From: Trichoplax sp. H2
Lineage: Eukaryota
Reading direction: 5' to 3'
Assembly (NCBI GenBank): GCA_003344405.1
Contig: NOWV01000108.1
Coordinates: 124,001-188,000, forward strand
Length of the DNA: 64,000 nucleotides
Shown: positions 53,284 through 64,000 of the stretch, piece after piece
Position numbering within the stretch: the first letter of the stretch is position 1
Layout: every line of letters begins with the position of its first letter
The notes under the pieces: model-generated
Seen by the model: only the letters and a program-made list of their open reading frames with translations
Told to the model about the DNA's origin: nothing
Databases searched by the model: none
Translations under genes and position numbers: made by a program

Positions 53284-56200
53284 CTCTACTCTAGCTTGAA
53301 ATATTAATCAGAACAGTGGTTGCACTAAATGGCCTTTTGAGCTAATGAATGATATGATTACAACTATAAACTATTACTTATAAATTAAACTTTCAACTGC
53401 ATAAGCATAGAGGAATATTACTATTTCTGTCCATCATCATGTCTAATTTATGAAATTACAGTGAACTATATATGGTATTCAAAGTATATTAATATAGAAT
53501 ATACATGATTTTGATAAAGTATCTTTTTAAATTTCAAGTCCTTATGTCGTTGAGATAATCATGAATTTTCAGACATTAGACTTGAAAGATAGTATTATTA
53601 TCGTTATGTTAATAGGATAGAATTGCCTGGTAATGATAGCATTAAGTTGGATAGAATACTTTCCATGGGTAATAATTGAATTAAGATGGACAGTTGAAAA
53701 TATTTTTAAATGCCTATGCAGATATTTGTAATCTAATAATGAATCATCTATGTTCTCCATAAAACCCATGAATTTGATACCCATTTATCTACTAGCTAAT
53801 TGATTAACATTTCATTGTTATTTAATGTGGTTATTAACTATAATTTATTTTCTCTATATTGTGCGCAATATTTTAACAAGAGAAATTTTATGTTGTTTCT
53901 TGGTTCAAAAATTATTTAATTTTATCTTCTACCAGCTATAATAGTGAAAAAATGAAATTATTTCACTTGGCTTTTTCTATATACAGTATAAATAAATGAT
54001 TTTGTTGATATAAGCTACGTGATCTTATTGATCCACGTCTAATAATTAAAATTCGTGATTGTTAGTAGTATAGTAGTTATATCAATTTCATATTGTTAAC
54101 AGGATCACTGTAAGATGCTATAGAGATCGTAAGATTAGATTTGGATACGTTATAGAGTTAGAATACGATAATGTGATCGTTAACGGACCTGATGATTTGT
54201 TGATAGTTGCGTTGCATATTGCCAATAGTTACGATAATTTGTGGATACTTTCATACTGGCAACAGATAGAAGAAAGTGGTAAACCTAGTGATTTAACCTT
54301 ATTATGAATAGAGTATTCGATTTGTAGGATGGAATTGTCACCTAATCTTATTCCACTATAAAATCAAATCTAACATGCTAAAAGGAGTATACGCGTATTA
54401 TTACTTTAATGGATGGAGAGTTAAGTAAGTATAGTAGTTAGATCAAAGTTTTAAATAAATCAAATTCCAATCTAGTTGATTGATGTATATTTACAGAAGT
54501 TAGATAGCATTTCAATTAACGTATTCAAATTTAAAATCTATTGCTGTTTACTAGATGAGGAAGCTAATTTAAGAATAAGAAAAAATAATCATGATGTATC
54601 CTTAAAGGTACAGATACTTCTTATTTTTTTTGACATGCTTTCATCCAGAACTTAATTACTTATTTAATAATTTCAGAGAAAATGGAATTAATTACCTTAA
54701 TTGCTATTATACATAAAATAAGCTCTAATGATTGTTAACATGATACGTGTTAGTACTTAAAAAATGCTATCCATTTACTTTATTGAGAAATCTTTCTATT
54801 GCAGAGAACCCATTCAATGATATGTAAGCATATAATTTTGGTCGTATAGAGGATTTAGCCTACTCCTCAAGACATTAGATAAGTTCATATTTCCGATAAT
54901 TCAGTTGGAAGATATTAGAAAATAATTACCAATATGCTTGAAAGCAAGCCTTTTATGATCATACTATAATTTGAAAATGGATACTTATTTGATAGAAGTA
55001 AAGTTAAATATCATATAAATTCATTGAGCTAAAGACGGAAGGAATACTTAAAATTAATTTATTTAGATTAGTGATATACTCTCGAGATCGCTATTTAAGA
55101 ATACTTTTATTATTGGCATGCAATGTATTAATCTTTTTGCAGTTTCTTTATTATATAAATCATTTGAGTCAAGAGCAGAAGGGATAGTTAAAATTAATTT
55201 AAGTCTATTAGTCTAGTGATATACCCGGTACTCTCGACATCGCAATTTAAGAATAGTACTATGCTGCGCATATAAAATACTGCAGTTCTTGAAATTAGAA
55301 GAACTTTTATTGATCTTTTTCCAGACAAACTTTAGATTAGGAATAGTCTCAATTTATATTAATAAAAATGATGACAATCTAGAAGTTCGTCGCCTTAATG
55401 GAAATACTTTTCAAATAAAGTATCGCTAAATGGCTAAGAACTCGTGTCCGACGCAATTATAATTAATTTGCCTTTGATTATAGGCATTATTGATGCTTAA
55501 ATACAGTACATCTAATCAATGCTATGATAGATGTTTGTTACCAAAATAATATTGATAATCGAGATATAGATAAAAATAAACGTCATCAAAGTTATAAACA
55601 GACAATTCGACGAGGGCACGTTGAAGTACCAGTACATAATTTCCCTTCAATTATGCAGTCTTACATATTATAAAACAAAATATTATTTTACTGTCTACAA
55701 AAGTATTAATCTTTCTTATTGATGCTTTTTACTAGTAATATCAAATATTCCAATACTGGCTACTAGGTAAATAGGATTATTTTTAGTCAAGATTAAAGAT
55801 AGCAAAGTTCACTTTCTTCTTTTAGATGTAGTAGAGTTGGAAAGATTACATATACATCAATTAAAATTGAAAATAACAAAGTATTCATCAAAAATTACCC
55901 CAGAAATAATAGAGCAAAGATAATCATAATCCATCGGTGATAGCCATTAAGGATTATATTGAGTCAAATATAGCCAACGATCTGGTGTTCTTGAATAACC
56001 CAACAAAAAAATCTCTCATGACAATCTCTCCTTGATGGTTGTCACGGGTTTAGTTAGCCTAAAATACAATCTAGTTATTATATTTAACAATCTGTCAGAA
56101 TTGAGAATTATAAGTAAGCTTGGCCGATGATAAATTACCACTGATAGTCACTAGGAATTTAATGACCAAAGAATCTGCAATCTAGTGTTATTAATAACCA

Positions 56201-56797
56201 TTTACAATCAAAATTAATTGCTATCTTTAGTTATCACATCTATTTTATATAGGTACTGATATTAAAATGATTGATATAAAGAGAATGATTTCGATAATTA
56301 CAAGACCAACTAATGGATATAAAAAAATAAGAGAAAGAAAATATCTCATCAATTCCTATACAGTACCAGTTTAGGCCTTCTATTCCAATAATACACATCG
56401 AGATTTAATCTTCTCATAAACAATGATGTTGGCTAATCATGTTACGTACTGGATGGAACATAACTATGATAACTAACTTACCAAACTTACAATCACATAC
56501 AAAAATTTTGCTATAGCAAGAATTATTTTAAAAAGTGCTGAGCTACAGAATTAAAGAAAGATTTATAATTACGGTTTACCACAACAAGAATGAAGTGGTT
56601 TTATCTTTGCAACATGGTATAGAGTCCGAAACAGAACTTGTAGAGTAAATTATCTCTTGAAAGGTAAATCTTTCATTCGTTCAACTATTCTATAGTGTAT
56701 CCTATCTATTAGTGATCCTAATACCTCCATTTCAAAGGCAGTAATAGAACTGCCTTAAGTCTTAACGAATGCCTAGGCTTGATTACGTATTATTTTC

Positions 56798-59239
56798 CTA
56801 TTCTTGTGAATGATCTTGTTGTTCTTGGAGATTGTCTTGTTGCTCTTGGAGATTGTCTTGTTCTTGGAGATGATCTTCTTGTTGTTTTTGGTGATTGTCT
56901 TGTTGCTCTTGGAGATTATCTTGTTCTTGAAGATGATCTTCTTGTTGTTTTTGGAGATTGTCTTGTTGCTCTTGGAGATTATCTTGTTCTTGAAGATTAT
57001 CTTGTTGTTGTTGATAGCTTGGTCGAGTTTCTTCAATTACTGCTTCTACAGTTTGCTCTCCTTCATGATCTTGTTCAGTAGGATTTTTATCATCCGTTGA
57101 GTTGGCATTCTCTACTTGTGCTGATGTTGTATTAGGTACTTCGTCTTCATTTTCTTTCTGTTTGGATAGTTCCGCAACCGTTGGAGTTGAATACTGTGCT
57201 GGATTAGGCACAGATCGATTTTTACTAGCAGCACTCTTCAGCAGGAAACGATGAGCGTTAGTCCATTCATCGATATCTCGAACAAAATCTTCGGTGTCAT
57301 CATTATCTGGCGCTGCTAATTCTTTATCAAGGGTATCGGCTGATAATCCTGATACGGCACCAGGTCCATAAGCATATTCAAGATTTTTAGTATTGAGATA
57401 ATCTGCTTCTAAAGCCCTCAATTCTTGATTATCATCTTCTGATACTAAACTGTCAATATCCTCATCTAAGTTTGGATCATGCCAAATCTTTTTAGCTTCT
57501 TCTTTCTGCCTTCTAGTTTTATTGGTTCGACCGTTAACGAACAATCCAATAATATACATTTTCATTAATAAGCGACTCTTTATGGGAGACATCAAGACAA
57601 AGTCGTAACGTCGTTGTTCTAAACGATGCTTGAAAGCTGGCATAATTCTCATAAATTCTTGAGCAGTTTCACGTATTGTACTCTTATGCGATTCATGAAA
57701 TAATGATTTGGGTGCTAAAGTATTATAAGCTTGGATGAGCTCGTCTAATAGATCCCATAATGAATCGAATACAGAGTCCTTCAATAATTCAGCTTCACGA
57801 CAGAAGGCATTAATAATCTTAATTTGACGTGATAATTCATGAACAGGCGCAAAAATGGCCGGTGCTGCTAATGCGTCTTCTAATACTTGGCGACCATTTA
57901 AAACCGCTCTCATATACTTTTTAGTCGTTTCATCAACCACTTCTTCTTCTTCTTCAATTCGCTTTGTTTTTAGCATAGCTGGCCATAATGATCTACGCGG
58001 CAATATAATACGATGATGGCGCAAAGTTAACCAAGTTAACCAGGCTAACGTTACTCCTAGCCATATACCATTAATAATGCCAATTTCAATAGTAAGAAAA
58101 TTTAAGCGTAAGAAAACCGAACTAACACCAAGTGCCAAGAGAAAGCCAAGAAAGCTATTACATATATTGCATATTAAACAGAATATGATGTATAAATTAA
58201 AGGCTGTTAATCTATACGGTCGTGATAAAACAGAAAGTCCCAAAAGGATGACAAAAATAATGCAGATAACTCCAGCTTGCGGCGCTTTTTCATATTCAAG
58301 GCCACCATAAGAAAGTAAGAGTAAGAATTTAACTAATAACATGAGTGGTCGAAAATAAACCCATGGACGATTAAAGGATGAAAATAATTGAAATTGGCCA
58401 ACGGCCCAAATGGTATCAAGCCCGTGGACATATTCAGTTTCTTTCAGTTGGAGATAGCCTTCATGACGAGGTTTAACGGGTGAAAATAATTGGCCTTTTA
58501 TAGTAGCAAACATCCAAATAGGAAATACGACAAAATAGAGGAATAATACAGCGAAAGATGGTGCTAGCATTGCCCAATGTTGACCACTCCAACAGGTTAC
58601 GTTGGTATACACTTTAACGTAAGTGCCGGTTTCTGGCAACTTAGATGTACAGTGTAAAAGACGGACAAGTTGTATACCTATAGGGATTGCCATAATTTGT
58701 GCTATTAACATGAAAGCTCGTTTAAGTTGGGAAAATTGTAATAGCATAATATTGGATGATTTTTTGCGTATGTAAATGTGTGCAGCGATAAAAATAATGG
58801 CAACAACAACAATTCCTACTGCCCAACATAACAGATAATATCGATAATCGATTCCTACTGCAGTTGAATAAACATCAAAATTTCTCGGCTCATCAGGACC
58901 GTAAGCACCTGATTGTAATTTTGTAAATTCCCATATATCTAGATTAAATAAGAATAGAAATCGACCGTTATAAATCCAAGCATAAGGCCATGGCCAAACT
59001 TCTGATACTGCCAGAAGTAATGCAAAACATTGTAGAAAATCCAAAATGATTAGTCCTGCATCGGATATCCATAATGTAATATGACGACGCTTAGCTTGAC
59101 GAGGTATCTGGCGGAAAGTAATCTCAAGATCTTGTTGATCTTCTATATCGAATTCAGGAGCAGTTTCTGGTCGAGCAGGCTTAGAATTATCTTTATTAAC
59201 AGGTAGTAGTGGGATACCTTCTGAGCTTTTTGACGGCAT
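56798..59239 (-). CDS. 813-aa multi-pass membrane protein of unknown function (about 8-10 hydrophobic segments, then a helical domain and a Gln/Glu/Asp repeat tail); intronless CDS
   Basis: Single 2442-nt ORF. Hydrophobic segments lie between about aa 55 and 405, with a loop motif LLHC..VTCWSGQHW. Probable 5'UTR intron at 59391-59279 (GTAAGG..TTTAG on the minus strand). Confidence 0.88.
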   Translation of the reverse strand: MPSKSSEGIPLLPVNKDNSKPARPETAPEFDIEDQQDLEITFRQIPRQAKRRHITLWISDAGLIILDFLQCFALLLAVSEVWPWPYAWIYNGRFLFLFNLDIWEFTKLQSGAYGPDEPRNFDVYSTAVGIDYRYYLLCWAVGIVVVAIIFIAAHIYIRKKSSNIMLLQFSQLKRAFMLIAQIMAIPIGIQLVRLLHCTSKLPETGTYVKVYTNVTCWSGQHWAMLAPSFAVLFLYFVVFPIWMFATIKGQLFSPVKPRHEGYLQLKETEYVHGLDTIWAVGQFQLFSSFNRPWVYFRPLMLLVKFLLLLSYGGLEYEKAPQAGVICIIFVILLGLSVLSRPYRLTAFNLYIIFCLICNICNSFLGFLLALGVSSVFLRLNFLTIEIGIINGIWLGVTLAWLTWLTLRHHRIILPRRSLWPAMLKTKRIEEEEEVVDETTKKYMRAVLNGRQVLEDALAAPAIFAPVHELSRQIKIINAFCREAELLKDSVFDSLWDLLDELIQAYNTLAPKSLFHESHKSTIRETAQEFMRIMPAFKHRLEQRRYDFVLMSPIKSRLLMKMYIIGLFVNGRTNKTRRQKEEAKKIWHDPNLDEDIDSLVSEDDNQELRALEADYLNTKNLEYAYGPGAVSGLSADTLDKELAAPDNDDTEDFVRDIDEWTNAHRFLLKSAASKNRSVPNPAQYSTPTVAELSKQKENEDEVPNTTSAQVENANSTDDKNPTEQDHEGEQTVEAVIEETRPSYQQQQDNLQEQDNLQEQQDNLQKQQEDHLQEQDNLQEQQDNHQKQQEDHLQEQDNLQEQQDNLQEQQDHSQE
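56801..57010 (-). repeat. Coding minisatellite (18/21/24-bp units, 63-bp higher-order period) encoding QEQDNL/QEQQDNL/QKQQEDHL
   Basis: Visible directly in the sequence and in the C-terminus of the 813-aa ORF. Confidence 0.92.
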
Positions 59240-59527
59240 GATGAGATTAAAAAGTGATCGTTACTTCTTTCTATTCTTCTAAATCTTTTTGTCTCTTCTA
59301 CCCTAGATTTTCCTTACATTGAATTACAATTTCTTGCTATTGAACATTTTATCGCTTATTTTAGATTAATAAAATTGTTCTGTTTCCTTACCCAAAGGGC
59401 TAATCTTGACTATAATCAAACAACCTTAATGAAAATTGATAGATTTCTTGATTTATTAGCGATCGATGATAGAAGACTAAAACACATTGAGCAGTATTAC
59501 TAACCCTATCCGTGATTCATGCCAGCA

Positions 59528-59541
59528 GTTTCTATAGCAAC
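59528..59541. promoter_or_regulatory. RFX X-box GTTTCTATAGCAAC
   Basis: 14-bp imperfect palindrome matching GTTNCY-AT-RGYAAC, 289 bp upstream of the ATG of the 813-aa membrane protein. Confidence 0.75.
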
Positions 59542-59546
59542 GCTAG

Positions 59547-59554
59547 TGACGTCA
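59547..59554. promoter_or_regulatory. CRE (TGACGTCA)
   Basis: Perfect palindromic CREB/ATF site 5 bp from the X-box. Confidence 0.6.
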
Positions 59555-59804
59555 AACTTGCCATCATCAACGTCATATACTCTGCCTTAATTAACTTTAA
59601 TTATATGCGATCAGCAGCTTCGTTAACAACTACATATTGATATTTTAATCAATGCTAAAGTAGAAACCTTTTTTTATCTAGGCCTTTTTACCGGTAAACT
59701 GAGATAAAAGTCATGATGGCATATGAATATAAGCCGAGAACTACTGTACCTTTAGATAGTCGAAATTCGTTTTAATTCTGATTGCGCATTCTGCAGATAT
59801 GTGG

Positions 59805-60225
59805 GTATATACAGTACTGTATATGGTAATAGCGTATATAGGACAGTGTATAATAATACACGTACGCAGGATATAGGTAGATTATATATGCAATATCGGA
59901 TGATAGAAACAGCCAGGCTATATGCTATACAGTTTACTGTCAAATACGCTACAAAACCGGTAGTCCTGCTCATATGCAATAAATTTGAGAAGATCGATAA
60001 ACGAGATGATTATTTCTATAGTGATAGTGTATACAGGAAATGATCCGATATTGCACTTAGAACCGTGTATAAGACATGTAGGCATGATGTACTCATAGGT
60101 AAATTATGTACAGTATACGCCGATAGAAACAACTATGCTCTACAGTTTACTGTGAAACACTATAAAACCGGTAGTCCAGCTTATATGCAATAAATTTGAG
60201 AACATTGAAGAACGAGATGATTACT
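59805..60225. repeat. ~213-bp tandem duplication
   Basis: TATGCT(A/C)TACAGTTTACTGT..AAAACCGGTAGTCC..TATGCAATAAATTTGAGAA at about 59921 and 60134. Confidence 0.85.
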
Positions 60226-60294
60226 TGTATTTTGGTTAAAAATGAAATCTCCACCTATCCATGTGTAATTGTTGCTTCTATGTAAAACTTCTAC

Positions 60295-60700
60295 ATTTTG
60301 CTAGTAATATCCTCGTATGTGATAGGAAATACTCAGTCTATATATTTCACCGCGAAGCACCGTATAAAGATATCTAGTAATTAATTGGATAGAATTATAT
60401 TTTATCAATACGTATACTCGCATATGATATATATTATACGAGTATTAAGGATGTTTATTCTATATTAAACTTGCTGTATATACGCGCATTTTGCTAGCAT
60501 TATACTCGTATGTGATAGAAAAAAACTTTGTCTATCTGTTTCGCCGTTAAATACCGTGTAAAGATATCTAGCATAGCTTGAATACCGTAGCTTTAGAAAT
60601 AATATCAAAGTATTCTTTCTTTTAACAATATGATTATATAATCCCCAATCCTCGTACATCATATATACACTCGTATATTTGTTATGGATGTTTATTCGAC
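60295..60700. repeat. Degenerate ~194-bp duplication
   Basis: CTCGTATGTGATAG..ACCGT(A/G)TAAAGATATCTAG at 60312 and 60506. Confidence 0.7.
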
Positions 60701-62157
60701 AGTACAAAGTTAAATTTTACTTTTTCATTATAGGATTATATATCTTGTTATTTTAAGGTTCGTATTTATTCATACAAACTACCAGTATAAAGTCATGCTA
60801 ACTAACACTATCTACAGTTAGTGGCGTATAGACTTTTTATAAATCGTAAAGATTAAATCATAATATGTCTACGACACATTTTCAGTGTCACAAAATACGC
60901 GTACTATTCAACTTTCCTTCAAATTTATTGATCTCTTCATCTTACAGTCCTTGGTCGGAGCATTTTCATTATTTTGAAGGAAGCAGAGGCTTAGCTATTA
61001 AGCACAGGAATACTAAGAGTTTTATCGTAACAGCAGCTTTGTTCTTACTTTACAACTAAGACTATTGAAATAAGTGCTAGTACAGTACAAGTTGTACCGA
61101 ATTAAAAGCATAAATTTGCATAACGGCGCATAAGTGGGTAACTTGAAAGCAGTACTGTACTTTAAATTACAGTGAATAGCAATGCAATTATATTAAAATG
61201 AATTTGAAAGGTCATTGTTGAAAAGTATAACAAGCTACAGGGTATCAAATATTATTTTTCATCCTAGATAGATGAAGATATGCAGTCATCTAACAACAAA
61301 TAGTGAGCACGAGTCACTAGGATTTAATATCAGCTTTATTTCGTTGCTAAGTAAGTGTAGCCAAAATTAAATGCACTTAAGGGCGATATAGAAGCGAGAA
61401 AAATAAAGGATAGCTTGTAAGCAAGAGGAGGTAATTAATAGCTTTAGCTGCATAGCGTAGGTAGCAATGAAGTAGTAGAGTATATTATAACTGATTCCGG
61501 CATAGATACCAATCTGAATATATGGTAGCCATTGAATCTTATTATTGCCAGTGTAAAACTGTAAGAAAGTTATAATGGGGCAATAACGTTAAATTAATGG
61601 AAAGTTAAGTTGAGTGATACAAATAAAATGAATAAATACTTATGACTCGGTTACAAAAAATTCTGTCGTTCAATAATAACATTGAATGAACTTTTTATCA
61701 AGTATTAACTCAGTTACTAGAATATGTTACGATTTATCAGTTTTATGAATTATTGCTTACACAAGAAGAATACCCCAAACACTGTCGAACTAAACATCTG
61801 AAATTTTCTGCTGCTACATGAAAGGAATAATCGCGAGAACGAATATCAATTGATTAGAATAGATATTATCCGCCATACTGTAAGGGAAAACTTTAAGTAT
61901 CTCATAGTTAATACGAAATACAGCAATTTCCTATTTTCTGCCGTTTTTAAATAGGCTTACAGAAATGCGGTAGAATTACGATTACATATACTATATATGA
62001 AAAAGTAAACTGTCCAACACCTCATTTATACTTCATATTACAACATTACAAAGTTAATGGTATAATAGGAAGCTATGATATAATCGGTAATAGGTGTTTC
62101 AATTCTTAGAGATCATGTAATATACACTACTCATTCGAAATTTGTGTTTTGTTTAAT

Positions 62158-64000
62158 TTAACCTACAGGTCGTTTGATGGTTACATGAACGAAAAGTGAG
62201 GCAGGAAACAGCTTTTCACGTTCTTCAGATATAAGGAATACATGTCGATATCCTATGAAGATAAAAAAAATTACACATCGACAGATTATTAACGAAAATT
62301 AAAATTTTAAAGCTTTAAAATACATTATTGCCGTAGCAATGTGCATAAGGTAAAATATAAGCCTGATAGGTTTTCGCCTTACCTTCACCAATACTTGGCA
62401 GTGGAACAGTATTTTGCCCTATGAAATCATCGGCAGAAAGGGCGTCACTGTCATAGACACAGAAACGTACCATAGCTAACTCCGGATTGATCACTTTAAA
62501 TCTTAGCGTTTGATTCCATCTTGGGTTAAACCCTGCAATTATATATTAGAATAGCTCATTAAAAATGATCTATCATAATTCTACAATATAGTGTAAAAAA
62601 ATAATATATTTATAATGGAACAATAGATTAAGTAATTCTAATTTTCTACTAACAACGAGTTTATCACTAGATTATTGAATATGCGGCACTGTAATATCGA
62701 AGATAATATCATTACCGTTATTGCTAATCGTTTTAGTTGATTTAGTAGATCTATCAGCTGGTATTCCATGAATTTGTATTTTGACATAAGGATCAATGAT
62801 CTAAAAAATTGTGTATTTTAAATTATTACGGTACAACACTTAATATGCTATATTTATTCAGCCATTAAGACAAGTCTATTTCTAACTTACTTCTCCTTTA
62901 GTCGATTTATCAGGCTTTGGAATTTGCTGCCCAGATATTACCTATGGTTTGGATACAATATAGCCAATTAAATCGAAGTATATCGATCAGAGAAATCTTT
63001 ATTAAACTGCTTTACGTATGTATTCAGACAAAACAGTTTATTGATCAATTGCGTACTTTGATGATTAGTTCAGTTGGTTTCTCATTGGATTTTGCTTTTT
63101 TTTGTGGATCAAATGGTTTATTTACTAAAGATAGTAACAAAATTAATAACAATTTTTTGCTGAGTAGGAAGTACAATAATTTATTGTTGAGGAAATAAAC
63201 TACAGAATAGGTAATTATTAAATGGATAAAAGGAGTTGATTTGTACCGTTGCGTAAGAACTCAGGCTTCAGGTAATAACCAGAGTCACCATTGACAGCGA
63301 ATCGACCAAAGTATAGATCTGTATCAGAGCCAGGTGATTGAAGATTCATAGTAACTGTAGCAATAAATAGGAGCTATCATTAACCAACCATCGTGAGAGT
63401 AGTCATTACTATTTTTATCTAGTCAATAATTAGTAATAATTTTTACCCATTTGGCAACCAACATTCCAAAATGTTTGTGGGTAGTAGTTACTTGAACCGA
63501 TACGAAGTCCTGAAGGGTAAATCTTCGTAACATGCTTTTTATTCATTTCTACCATATCGGGAGCATTATCGTCAACAAAATTGCTTGCCTTCGATTCAGC
63601 AATCGAACACATGTTGTAGAATTTCCCTATGGTATTTAATAACTTGATCAGTTAAAAGAAGAGGTAAAAACAGCTTAAACAGATGTAAATTTACAGCTAT
63701 CTACAACAATACTCAATAATGTAAACTTACAATTCTTTTTGGTAGTTGCAAAGTCGTAGAAGTGAACACTTTGCAATAAGTTTACTACCCGAGATAGTTC
63801 TACCGCAAGTTTTGGTTTATCACCTGCGCGCTAAATTCCATTCATAAACAATTAAGGACAGCATACAGTACAGTTTATTTATAAAAGTTACTTGTCCATA
63901 GGCTTAGATTGTTGTATAGTATAATTGGTTAGATGCTGCTTGATCATGATGGTTAATATCAATTGGTATTCAACTGCTTTATTTCAGTAGAACACTACCT
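62158..64000 (-). CDS. Phosphoinositide phospholipase C, 3' part (Y box + C2, delta-like with no long C-terminal extension); 5' part lies outside the window
   Basis: Exons encode KIYPSGLRIGSSNYYPQTFWNVGCQM|VTMNLQ..GRFAVNGDSGYYLKPEFLR (Y box) and VISGQQIPKP..IIDPYVKIQIHGIPAD..NNGFNPRWN..PELAMVRFCVYD..DDFIGQ..GYRHVFL (C2). Stop is at 62160-62158 if unspliced; alternative end at 61790 (see findings). Confidence 0.93.

Noticed and set aside
56773-57100. Three extra overlapping ORFs (87, 100 and 96 aa) on both strands
   Set aside because: By-products of a stop-poor coding minisatellite with units in multiples of 3 nt inside the 813-aa gene.
1-64000. U12-type introns, tRNA/rRNA genes, SECIS or read-through signals, transposase/RT ORFs
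   Set aside because: All introns I resolved were GT-AG without an RTATCCTT donor, and no recognisable examples of the others were seen by eye; a covariance-model scan was not possible.

Overview
AT-rich, intron-dense eukaryotic (animal) DNA with mostly short GT-AG introns. Composition and gene content suggest a placozoan such as Trichoplax, but that is inference only. By hand-splicing I find seven genes: the 3' half of an RFX1/2/3-type transcription factor (+, to 1815); a complete 20-coding-exon LAP protein of the Erbin/Densin-180 type (-, 17190-4519, about 1544 aa); nucleoporin NDC1 (-, 30334-24395); the exosome helicase MTR4/SKIV2L2 (-, 38919-32210); an unrecognised proline/tyrosine-motif-rich docking-type protein (+, 48890-53283, 5' end unresolved); an unrecognised 813-aa multi-pass membrane protein with an intronless CDS (-, 59239-56798); and the 3' half of a phospholipase C (-, Y box plus C2). 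Non-coding space holds many apparently unrelated 90-230-bp tandem repeats, a foldback-like element, and a 20-N gap flanked by a probable haplotype duplication. The best candidate for something undescribed is the membrane-protein gene, which has a near-consensus RFX X-box plus a perfect CRE just upstream, suggesting an uncharacterised ciliary membrane protein. Next best are the orphan phosphotyrosine/SH3 docking protein and a possible PLC terminal mini-exon encoding a PDZ ligand. No RNA genes, CRISPR arrays or intact transposase/RT genes were seen.
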